Of a stretch of 38,147 nt of DNA, positions 6,327 through 17,400 are shown piece after piece (positions within the stretch are counted from its first letter, which is position 1; each line of letters opens with the position of its first letter). The stretch spans positions 1-38,147 of the IMG/VR virus record IMGVR_UViG_3300017909_003696, one strand, 5' to 3'. Both the position numbers and the translations under genes were made by a program. The DNA comes from a virus. Lineage: Duplodnaviria > Caudoviricetes. Under the pieces are notes generated by a model. The model worked only from the letters and a program-made list of their open reading frames with translations. It was not told where the DNA came from and ran no database searches.

Positions 6327-9300
6327 ATTAACAGTTAAGATTTCCGATGACGGAACTCTTGACATTGTTGCAAAAAAGTCAAAAGCAGCGGCAAAAGCTA
6401 CTGATCAACTTGGTGCGTCCACAGAAAAAACAGCTAAAAAAAGAAATAAGTACCATAAAGGAGAGAAAGGAGTAGCAGGAGCTACTGCAAACAGTACTAA
6501 AGCTTTTTCTAAGATGAACCAAAGCATGACTGGCAGTTCTGGTCTTGTTGGTGCATATGCAACTTTAGCTGCTAACGTATTTGCTGCAACTGCAGCATTT
6601 GGAGCTTTACAAAGAGCGGCAGAGTTTACTCAGCTAGAGCAGAGTGTCGCTTTCTTTGGAGATTCTGCAGGTAGAAACCTAGACATAGTTGTCGCAAAGC
6701 TAAAAGAAGTATCAGATCAGGCTCTTAGCACAGAAGTTGCCTTAAGAGGTACCGCTCTTGCAACAGCTTCAGGCTTTTCAACAGATCAAATAGAAGAACT
6801 TACAAGAGTAGCAGCAGGAGCATCAAAAGCTTTAGGAAGAGATTTAAGCGATGCTTTTGATCGACTCGTAAGAGGTGCAGCAAAGCTAGAGCCAGAAATA
6901 CTAGATGAATTGGGTATTATGGTTCGCTTAGATGATGCTGTAGAAGAATATGCAGTATCTCTCGGAAAATCTGCAGATAGTTTATCTCAATTTGAAAGAC
7001 GACAAGCCTTTCTAAATGCAACAATAGAAGCTGGTACAAAACAGTTTGGGCAGTTAAATGAATCGGTTGATACAAATCCATACTCTCAACTAGCTGCTTC
7101 TTTTAATAATTTGGTCAAAGCAGGTGTAGGGCTTGTAAACGGCTTTTTGCGTCCTGTTGTTGACTTACTTGCGAATAATCAAGCAGCTCTTACTGGTGCT
7201 TTGATTCTATTTTCTTCAACCATATCAAGAACAATGCTTCCAGCTCTTGCAGAACAAGCACAGGGCATGGCCGATGTTGCCTCTCAAACTGCGGAAAACT
7301 CAAAGCAACAACTACAAGGCCTGAATGTTGTAGGTAAGTCAACAACTAAATATAATCAGTTTTTAGCAGGATTAAAGTCAGGAAAGAAAGGAATAGGAGA
7401 CTATAAAGAAGGCCTTACTAGCTTGAACAGAACTATTTCGCTGCATGATGCAGGCATAACAAAGATGAAGGCACAACACGATGTAGAGTCAACCAAGTTA
7501 AAAGAAAAAAGGATTGCACTAGCTGCTGCTAAAACAGAACGAACTAGACTAATTACTGCTGTACGTCTTCATCAAGTTTCTTCTGCTAAACTTACATCAA
7601 CACTTGCACTTGAAAATTTAGCACAAGGAAACCTAATCACTGGTTTTAAGACACTTGTAGCGAGCATATCCCAATATAGCGCTGCACAGACTGTTGCGGG
7701 CGTTAAAAATGGTCTATTCTCAATTACTCTAGCTGGAATAAGAACAGCGGGCTTTGCTGCAATGCTAAGCATTCGTGCTTTAGGACAAGCTTTCTTTGCT
7801 TTACTTGGCCCCCTTGGATTATTGCTTTCTTTTGGCCCTTTAATTTATGATTTTTTCCAAAAAAGATTTTTCCCTGTTGACGAAACAAAAGAAAAATTTG
7901 AAGAAATAAGAAAAGGCACGGAAAGAGCAATAGATGTAGAAAAAGCTTTTGTAGAATCATCTTTACAAGGTACTGCTAGACAACTTCAGGGACAAAGAGC
8001 TGCACTAGGGTTACAGTTGGAGGTTGCTAATGCAATACAAGCTACTATTGACTTAGAAAAGAAGAATGCTGCTGACAGAATTGAAGCAAACAATGACCAA
8101 CTCCAGTCTCTTCGTGCCCAAGTTACTCAGGACGAAGAAAGACTAAAAAGATTAAAAGGTATTTCTAAAAACCTCAGGGGACAAATAGATGACCAACGCG
8201 ACTTACTATCTAATATTGAAAGAAATACACGTGCTATAAACGAATTAAATGCTAGTAATAACGCTACTTTTGCTAGTTTAAGCAAAATTGGGCCTGAAGC
8301 TATTGAAGCCATAAAATCCTCAGTAAATGATTTAAAATCGGCTCCTAAAGTAGCAGAGTTTATGTCACCTCAAATTGCTCAATTAGAAGAGTTTTTAAAG
8401 TTAGGAAATGATTTAACAAAGAATCAGCTACTAGACTTATTGGAAGATATACAGACAGACTCTCAAAAAGGTACAGCATTTTTAAATGGATTAACTGGCA
8501 GTGTGCAAAAGTTAATAGATGAACAAACAAAGTTTAGCACAAAAGCAGCCACTCCTTACGATAGAATTTTAGAATCTGCGAAAGCTGTTCAGGCTGAGTT
8601 CGGTAATCTTACGGAAATAACACCAGAAGTAGCTAAAAAATTAGAAGCAATGGGCTTTGAAGATGCTGGAGAAGCTTTAGACAAAGCTTTTGGGGGCAGA
8701 AGTAGAAAGCTGATAGATGACTATGTAACTGGATTAGATGAAGCGATAGAAATTTTACAGAAGTTTCCAAACCAGCTTGCACAGAATAAGCAGGCACAAA
8801 AAGATATTACAGTTGTAGCAAACGAAGGAGTTGCTGCTTTACAGGAAAGCTTTCGATTAAGAAATGAAGGATTTAGGCTACGAGAGAAGGAGATACAAGC
8901 TCAAAGAACTGCAATAATAGCAGCACATACTCAAAACGGTGTTCTTTCTGAACAAGGAGAAATACTATTAGAGAAGCAAAAACTGCGTCAAGCTCAGTTA
9001 GACGGAGAGATAAAGTTTAATACAGCCGCTATGGATACTGTTAGGGTACAAACGCTTCAGGTAGAACAACTAAAAGAGCAATTGGATCTTCAAAAAAGTG
9101 TTCAGCAGGAGATAAGCAAGTCTTTAGACTTAAGAATTAAATCTGCACGAACTCAGGCAAAGATGCGTAATATTTTAGATCCCTCTAGGGGATTCAGCTC
9201 TGAGCTTTCAGCCGCAGACGAACTAGCTATTTTTCAAAAGTATAGGAAACAAAGAGAAGAAGTAGCGGGCCAGGAGTTTGAGCTAAGGCTTCAAGCTATA

Positions 9301-10689
9301 CAAGCTGACACAGATTTAGCAAAATTAAAGTTCAAATTAGTAAAATTACAACTAAAAGCTGCCGGTGCGTTAGATGATCAGGCTGAAAAAACTATTAGTC
9401 AAAGTTTACGTAGCCTAGATGCTCTCCGAGACCGTCAAATAGAAAATGCACAACTGCAAGCAAATCTTAGTCTTGATTTAATTGCTTTAGAGGGGGACGA
9501 AAGAAAGCGTGCGCTTATTGATGCAGCAAAAGCTGCAATGGGAGCAACTGGTAATTTATTTCAAGATTTCCAAAAAATAAAAGATACGCTAGCAACCTCT
9601 GCGGGCGATACTGGCATAAATAACATACAAGATTTGCTAGAGAGTATGAACCCTGAAGAAAGATTAGAAATGTTTAAAACATCTGTATCGGGGTATATGG
9701 AAACTCTGTCACAACTAGGCCCAGAAGGAGAGTTTGTATCTACTGTAGCTCAGGGAGTCTTTGCTATTTCTGATTCGTTTATGGCTATGGGAGAGCAGCT
9801 GGAGAAAAATAAAGATTCAATGGGCAAGTTCGGAGCTGTTGCAGGCGCTGTTGGCCAAACAATAGGACAAGTAAATTCTATTCTTCAAGCAGGCTATCAG
9901 AAAAATATTGCAACTATTGATGAGCAAATTGCGGCAGAGAAAAGACGAGATGGAAAGTCTCAAGCAAGTTTACAAAAAATTGCTGAAATGGAGAAGAAGA
10001 AAGAGCAGACGCAAAGAAAAGCATTTGAAATGAACAAGAAAATGCTTATGGCTCAAACAATAGCTAATACTGCGGCAGGTATCGCAGGAGTTCTTGCAGG
10101 AATTAGAGATCCGTTTATATCTGCGCCGCTAGCTTTTACTATGGCAGGAATTATTGGTGCTATGGGTGCCGCACAGCTTGCTGTTATTTCTGGACAATCT
10201 TTCCAAGGTGGAGGAGGCTCGGCTTCAACTTCTGTTGCATCGCCGACTTCAATTACAGCAGGAAGTCGAGCGAATACAGTTGATATTGCAAAATCGCAGT
10301 CTTCAAGAGGAGAAATAGCATATATGCGTGGAGAAAGTGGAATGGGTACGGGCCCAGAAAACTTTAGACCAGCCTTTAGTGGATATAAGAATCGTGCAGA
10401 AGGAGGAAACGCAGCCTTTATGGTGGGAGAACAAGGACCAGAGCTATTTGTACCCCAAACTCCTGGCAATATAGTTCCAAATGATGATATAACTACTGGT
10501 AGACCTACAAATGTTACTTTTAATATTAGTGCAGTTGATGCAACAGGTATAGAAGAGTTACTTCTTGAGCAGAGAGGAAACTTAATTGGAATGATTCGTG
10601 AAGCCTCAAACTCTTACGGTCAAACTTTTCTTGAGGATATAGACACTACTGTGTACACTCCTCAGGCAGGAGGAGTCGGCAGATACTAA
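6310..10689 (+). CDS. Tape measure protein (T5 pb2-like)
   Basis: 1459 aa, Ala/Leu/Gln/Lys-rich helical; GLVGAYA.LAAN.FA, K.EPE.LDELGI.VRL, hydrophobic segments near aa 465-510, C-terminal AEGG..VGEQGPELFVP motif. Confidence 0.95.
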   Translation: MANEVKLTVKISDDGTLDIVAKKSKAAAKATDQLGASTEKTAKKRNKYHKGEKGVAGATANSTKAFSKMNQSMTGSSGLVGAYATLAANVFAATAAFGALQRAAEFTQLEQSVAFFGDSAGRNLDIVVAKLKEVSDQALSTEVALRGTALATASGFSTDQIEELTRVAAGASKALGRDLSDAFDRLVRGAAKLEPEILDELGIMVRLDDAVEEYAVSLGKSADSLSQFERRQAFLNATIEAGTKQFGQLNESVDTNPYSQLAASFNNLVKAGVGLVNGFLRPVVDLLANNQAALTGALILFSSTISRTMLPALAEQAQGMADVASQTAENSKQQLQGLNVVGKSTTKYNQFLAGLKSGKKGIGDYKEGLTSLNRTISLHDAGITKMKAQHDVESTKLKEKRIALAAAKTERTRLITAVRLHQVSSAKLTSTLALENLAQGNLITGFKTLVASISQYSAAQTVAGVKNGLFSITLAGIRTAGFAAMLSIRALGQAFFALLGPLGLLLSFGPLIYDFFQKRFFPVDETKEKFEEIRKGTERAIDVEKAFVESSLQGTARQLQGQRAALGLQLEVANAIQATIDLEKKNAADRIEANNDQLQSLRAQVTQDEERLKRLKGISKNLRGQIDDQRDLLSNIERNTRAINELNASNNATFASLSKIGPEAIEAIKSSVNDLKSAPKVAEFMSPQIAQLEEFLKLGNDLTKNQLLDLLEDIQTDSQKGTAFLNGLTGSVQKLIDEQTKFSTKAATPYDRILESAKAVQAEFGNLTEITPEVAKKLEAMGFEDAGEALDKAFGGRSRKLIDDYVTGLDEAIEILQKFPNQLAQNKQAQKDITVVANEGVAALQESFRLRNEGFRLREKEIQAQRTAIIAAHTQNGVLSEQGEILLEKQKLRQAQLDGEIKFNTAAMDTVRVQTLQVEQLKEQLDLQKSVQQEISKSLDLRIKSARTQAKMRNILDPSRGFSSELSAADELAIFQKYRKQREEVAGQEFELRLQAIQADTDLAKLKFKLVKLQLKAAGALDDQAEKTISQSLRSLDALRDRQIENAQLQANLSLDLIALEGDERKRALIDAAKAAMGATGNLFQDFQKIKDTLATSAGDTGINNIQDLLESMNPEERLEMFKTSVSGYMETLSQLGPEGEFVSTVAQGVFAISDSFMAMGEQLEKNKDSMGKFGAVAGAVGQTIGQVNSILQAGYQKNIATIDEQIAAEKRRDGKSQASLQKIAEMEKKKEQTQRKAFEMNKKMLMAQTIANTAAGIAGVLAGIRDPFISAPLAFTMAGIIGAMGAAQLAVISGQSFQGGGGSASTSVASPTSITAGSRANTVDIAKSQSSRGEIAYMRGESGMGTGPENFRPAFSGYKNRAEGGNAAFMVGEQGPELFVPQTPGNIVPNDDITTGRPTNVTFNISAVDATGIEELLLEQRGNLIGMIREASNSYGQTFLEDIDTTVYTPQAGGVGRY

Positions 10690-11432
10690 TGTCTTTTTCA
10701 AATTTTCAAAATATTTTACCAGATCCAAACAATAGTATTGGTGAAGCGGGGCAAGTTCAGGGTAGCTCAGGTCCGGGCTTTTCTACGGTATCGCTAACGT
10801 CTGAACAGCCGACAATGAAAGACTTTACAAATGGAGGAAGACTTCTTGCAAGGGCAATTGCTTCCCATGCTTGGAAGATAAAAATAGGATATAACCCTCT
10901 TACACAAATAGAGTTTGATAGAATTTATACCTTTTTGCTTCATAGAAGAGGGAGCATAAATCCTTTTTTCGTTTCTCTTCCTCAATATAGAACCCCAAGA
11001 GACACTAATTTTGCTACTTATTCTACAACATCTTCAAATAAATTAGAGGTTCCTAGTAATACAACTGTTTCTGCAGGGGCAACCTCTGGTTTATTTGAAA
11101 AAACGGGGTATAACTTTAATACCAATGGAACTCCCACACCTGGAGATTTATTCACTGTTGAAGATTCGGCTAACTCAAATCATTTAAAAGCATATATGGT
11201 TACCCGGGTAGAAACAAGCAGTAACTATTTAAACACTGCAGTACAACCATCAGGAAACACTCAATTAAGAATTCATTTTACTCCAGGAGCCTCTAAAGTA
11301 ATGAATGCCGGAGCAAAGTTAGTTTTTCATAATCCTTTAATTAAAGTAATTTCTACAAGAGATATTCAGGAATATGCCTTGAATACAAATAATCTATATT
11401 CATATAGCTTAGACTTAAGAGAGGTACAGTAG
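10689..11432 (+). CDS. Distal tail protein (T5 pb9-like)
   Basis: Follows TMP with TAATG overlap; LPDP...PGF..V.L, W.I.I.YNP.T, G...PFFVSLPQY. Confidence 0.82.
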   Translation: MSFSNFQNILPDPNNSIGEAGQVQGSSGPGFSTVSLTSEQPTMKDFTNGGRLLARAIASHAWKIKIGYNPLTQIEFDRIYTFLLHRRGSINPFFVSLPQYRTPRDTNFATYSTTSSNKLEVPSNTTVSAGATSGLFEKTGYNFNTNGTPTPGDLFTVEDSANSNHLKAYMVTRVETSSNYLNTAVQPSGNTQLRIHFTPGASKVMNAGAKLVFHNPLIKVISTRDIQEYALNTNNLYSYSLDLREVQ

Positions 11433-14400
11433 TGGCTCGTTCATTAAACACAACTTTAAGAAACTCTTTATTAGATGGAGATAGCTTTGTTTATGCACAT
11501 CTAGTTAAGTTTGAAAGACCTAAGACTTTTTCTTCTTTTTCTAGAAAAGAGGCAAAAGATTATTTGTATCTAACTGATGGCTCTCACGATATATTATTTG
11601 ATGATGGCAGTACTGATGCTTTGAATTCTGCAAACGGCACTCAGACATATATAGCAAATAAAGTGAAAAAAGTTGGTGCTGTATCAGAAACTACACAGGC
11701 CAGAGTAACGGGTGTTTCTTTAAATATTTCCTCAACAGCATTAAGTACTGCTATTTCGTCTGCTCGTTTAATTATTTCAGGTAGCTCTATAACTTCTGAC
11801 ACTGATTTAGTAGAGGCAGGTTTTAGGGAAGGCGATACTATTCAGCTTTTAACTACTTCTGGGGGTAATAATACAGCTAGAGTACGAATAAATAGTTTTT
11901 CTAACTCTAACCTTACTGCTGCCGTAACAGCTTTAGATAAAGTTGTTAACGGAGACGTAACTCGTATTACAGCACTAACTACTGAGGGAAGCACGCCTAT
12001 AGCTTCCTCAGGAATAGTTTATAGTTTAAATTTTGCATCCCCAGAAGTAGAAGGGGTAATTACTCCTGCAACTGCAAATAGGTATGCCAAATATATAAAT
12101 AGAGACGTTTTTATTTATAAGGCGCACTTAGATTCAGAAACAGGTGCAATTATTGGTGCCCCTTACTTATTATTTAAAGGTATAGTTCAGTCAGGAAAAG
12201 TATCCGAAGATCCAAATAAAGAATCTACCGTTTCCTGGTCTCTTTCGAGTCACTGGGGAGATTTTTCTAGAGTAAACGGCAGAATAACATCAGATTCAGC
12301 CCATAGAGCTCTAGGCAACGATGGTCAGCCAGATGTTAATGCCCTTATACGGCCTGAGTATGCAGGAGATTTTGGCTTTCAGCACTCAGAGCAATCAGTA
12401 AATCTTGTAGCTAAGTACAATAGAAGAGAAAAAGCGTATAAAATTAAAGAGAGTGGTGGTTGGTTTTTTGGTTTAAATAAAAGCTACTCTACTGTAGAAT
12501 ACTACAAAGATGTTGAAACAGAGACAGATTTATCTTTTAATTTAAATGCAAAAACTCTTCCTGTAGTATACGGCGTAAACAAAATAGACAGTATTCCTGT
12601 TTTTGTTGATACAGCTGCAAGCTCTTCTTCTAAAGTTTTTATTGCATACGCTTTGTGTGAAGGTCCAATAAGTGCAATTCTTGATATATACCAAGACGAT
12701 ACTACTACTATTTGTATAAATAGTCCTGATGCGACAGGCAGAGGCGATTTGGCTGACGGAGTACAAGACGGTCTAATTCCTGGTTCAATTGATGTTCCTT
12801 GTGTAGGAAGAATGGATGCCGGTTCTGTAATTCGAGGCTATGATGTTTTAGATACTTCGGCAACTCCTACTGTTTTTGGGTCTCATACTAACTCTTTTGG
12901 TCAACAAAGTTTTTCTTCAAATACGGGAGAACTTAACGTTCATACTGAAGTCAGTGCCTTCCCTCTTAAAACTACTTTTGGTCAAACTTATTCCACAGCG
13001 GGTGCAACAAATTTTACGGGTATAGGATCAATAAGTGGCACTCTTTCTGGTACTAACAGTGGCGGTACTCCTATTTTTACTCTGTTCGATAAAAAAGGAA
13101 TGCATTTTGAAACGCCTATTGACTTAAAATTAATTTTTCATTCCGGAAAAGCTTTTCAAGACGCGGATAGTTTGCTTCTTTTTAACTCTAATAATATGAA
13201 ACTGGGCAATGACTATCATTCTGGAAAGCCTACTGAGTATTGGGGTGCAGGACATCGCTTATTAGATACTGCATATGTTGCAGGAGAATTTAATATAAGT
13301 GAAGGAGAAGTAACTATTCCTTCTCTTGACTTTGTTGTACGAGGAAAAGCTGTAAACTGTTTTAACTATGATTTTACATACAGACAGCACCCAGATTATA
13401 TTTCCAGTAATTCTCTTGTTCCTCAGGGGACCGAAAATGCAGAATTAGAGGTTAGAAGCACTGCGGACAACTCATTACTAGATACTGCACGATTGGCAGA
13501 CAAATACACCATAACAGATATAGACGGAGGGTCTGTAGAAGTTATGAGATTTGTCGATAAATTAAATCTTGGAAATGTAACTTCTTTTTATGTAATGAAA
13601 GCAGGCCAAAATAATACTAAATATTATTTAAGAACGTTTGACGACGAACTAACAACTAATACAGTATCGACTCTTTTAACCGAAGAAATAACTGCTGCCT
13701 CTGCAAATAGTGGTAATAATGGTACAAATATAACTAAAGCAGGAACTAGTAGTAATAAAGTTGATGCGGCTCTTTCGCTAGGTGCGAGATTTGCAATAGC
13801 TCCTAGTCACTTAAATAATGACGAAAAGTTATTGCATACCTTTACCTCATATACTTATTCAAGTGGAAATACAATTAATAACGTTGGCCAAACAGCCAGC
13901 GGGGCAAGCTCTTTAGTGGGCCAGGATATTATTATAAAGAATGCGATTGCATTACATTCAGGAGCTACAAGTAGTGTCGTAGGAAGTACAATAGAGTTAA
14001 CATATAACTCTTATACTGATGGCTCTATACGAAAGATGACAAGAGAAATCACTGCTTTTGATAGTACTACAAAAGTAGCTTTGGTGGATCAAGACTGGGA
14101 TGTGATTCCTCTTTCTGGGCAATCTTTTAAAATATTTTCTGATGGAGGGCACGATTTAAGGGTTACAAATAATCCTGCAATGCAACTTTTAGACTACCTT
14201 ACAAATGAAAGGTATGGAAGAGGCTTAGATATTGATACAGATATTGATGCTGAAAGCTTCTTTGAGACTGCAAGACTTTGTGATACTCGGTCAGATGTGA
14301 CCATACTAATGGACACAAACCATAACTCGAGTGCAACTCAAGCCGATTTTCAAGATATGATCGGCACTGTATATACATGCCCCGGAGAAACTAGTAGTGA

Positions 14401-17400
14401 CGGAGGAAGCAGTTTTAGTGGCATCAATGTTCCTCGCGCAAAAGATAAATGGTATGGAAGAGTAAAAAGTGTTACTCCTATTAATATAGGGGGAAATACT
14501 ACTCGATACTTTAAGGTAGTTTTTGAAGATTGTATAGGTAAATTGACTCACCGATATCATAACTGGAAAGGCTATCGAGAGGGGCAGCTTTACTATGATG
14601 CAAATGGAAATCTAGGAATTGTGGCAAGCGATTCAACCGAAGAAGCAAATCCTTTATCTGCTCCCTCTCCTGCGCCTTCTTCAGTTTCTTCAAACTTTAT
14701 ACTGCGTCTCAATAAAACTACTTTTGGAATAGCGGGTGGCTCTGGACCAAACCGTATTGGAGTAGATACAGATAAAGGCAGAATAACTTTTGAAGGAAAT
14801 CCTGTAGTAAAAGATATTAATGTAGATTCTTCTGGAAACATTATATCTATTTCTAATGGATATAGTTTATATGACTCTGATGATGTCAAATATTGGAGAT
14901 ACTGTGGGTGGGAAGAGCAACACCAAAGGTGGGTAACTCGTCATCAAACAAACCATGTAATAAATACTGCTACGTCCATTTTTGATAATATTAATGGAAT
15001 GCTAGGGCACTTTAACGGCATACTACGCTATTCTAATGGAAAGTATGCTCTGGGTTTGAAAGCAGGATCTGATTCTAATAGTTTTAATACTGTAAGCACC
15101 GGCAGCAATAGTTATGTTATAGAAGACATTAATGAAGATGATATAATAGGGTCAATTAATGTTAGTGACCCAGGTACAAAGGGAACAAATAATTCAGTTA
15201 CTCTTAGTTTGGTTGATCCTCAAAATAAATTTGAATCGCGCTCTATAACGCTTTTAAATTCAGAATATTTAAAGGAAGATAAACGAATCCCTAGAAAGGG
15301 AGACGTTCGTGCGCCTGGAGTAACTAACTATCAAAATGCTCGAATTAATGCTAAGCAGTATTTGGATCAGTCTCGTAAATCTTTAAAGATTAATTTTACA
15401 ATGGGTCCTCGTGGAGTCCTTTTGCATTCAGGAGACCTAATACGTCTAACTTATCCTAGATTTAATTTTTCTAGTAAAATGTTTAGAATATCGAATCTTA
15501 GTATAGAAGAGAACTGCTTAATTAAAATTACAGCAGAAGAGCACGATGATGACAGCTATTTAATTAGGGCAGACTTACCTATTTCTATACTTCAAGAGGA
15601 TCCAACTTTTGCTAATTTTCCGACTCCAGCGGCTCCCACAGCTCTCTCAGCAAGCCAAAACTCTAGAGGCGGGATTGATTTAACTTGGTCTAATACAGCT
15701 CAGTTTAATCCAGCTATATTCACTGTTCAAATATATAGAGGAGTTAGTAATAACAGGGATGCAAGTACAACTAAATTAATAGGGATATCAAAAGGGTCTG
15801 CTTTTACTGATACAATTACAGGGGAAGGGCAGCAAACTTTTTACTACTGGATAAGGTATCAGGTATTACAGCCAGCAAGGACAGTAGACGGAATTGTTCC
15901 CAAAGAAATATTGTCAGCTTATCATCCGACTTCAGCTACGGCAGGAGTTGTTGGCATATCGGATGGAGCAATTGATGCATCAAATATTAATTTAACAAAT
16001 GATAATGTTACAGTAACTGCTGATCAAAATGGTAATGTAACTTCATTTGCTAATACGGGCACTGCAATAACTGTTTTTATAGGAACAACTCAACTCGCAT
16101 ATGATAATTCTGGTGCCCACGATGTCAATAATAGTTTTAGGATAACTCATGTTGCTTCTGTTGGTGTAACACCGGACTCTTCCCCCTCCATTACTTCAAA
16201 TAGTTATGCTTTGGGTAATATTACTGCTATGTCTGCAGATGTAGGATCTATTACATACTCTATAGCTGTTAGGGATAGTCTTGGAAGAACTGTTACTTAT
16301 GATAGGATACAAACTTTTACAAAAAGTAGTAGAGGCTTAACTGGACCCCCTGGCAGCTCTGGGGCTACAGGGCCCAGAACTGCAACCGGAATAATCTACT
16401 ATCAGGTGGCGGCTACAAACGCTCCAAGCGCTCCTACGGCTTCGAGTTTTAACTTTAGTTCGGGAGCTTTCAGCTCTCTTACATCTAACTGGGGCAAAAA
16501 CGCTCCCACATTTGCAGGTAGTAATCAAAATAAATATTGGTATGCAGGATTTACTGTAGTAGAGTCTACTTTTGGTGGTAGTCAGACTATTTCTTTTGGA
16601 ACTGTAACTCAAGCTATTGGATTCACGGGTCTTGTAAGTTTTTCGGATGGTAATACTTTTGGAGACGGCACAAACCAAATGAGTTTTGGTGCAAGTGGTA
16701 CAACTCTTATAAATGGCGGAAATATTACTACGGGAGTTATAAATTTAGGAAACTCAAGCGGAATGGCAATTAGGCAGGGTAAAACTGCTTTTGGTCAAAA
16801 TACTGCAGGAGTTTTTATAGGTAATGATAATGGCACCGCAAAACTAGATATTGGAACAAATGCTAGTCATATAAGATGGAATGGTAGTACTCTAAGTATT
16901 AATGGTGATATTACAATCACAAGTACTCAAATTAATAATGCTCTCGGATATACTCCTACAGATGATACAGCAGCAAATGCGGCGCAGTCATCTGCAAATA
17001 CAGCTCAGTCAACTGCAAATACTGCTAATAGTAATGCTGCTACAGCTCAGTCAACCGCAAATACCGCTCTGGCAACTGCAAATACTGCAAATAGTAATGC
17101 TGCTGCTGCTCAGTCAACTGCAAATTCTAAGCTTTCATCGGCGGATGTAACTCAGTCTTTTATAGAAGGTAAGATAACAAATGCTGCTTCTTTTAGATCA
17201 GATATTGCAGCATATGCTGCCAGCAACCCTAGCGGGTTTACAACTTTTGCAGCAGGGGATGTACAAAGTGCAATATCTAATAATGTAACTTCTATTAGTG
17301 GTAGTAAAATTACTACAGGAACCCTTAATGCGGCAAATGTAAATATAATAAATTTAAGTGCATCAAATATTAATACAGGAACTCTTAATGCTGCGAGAAT

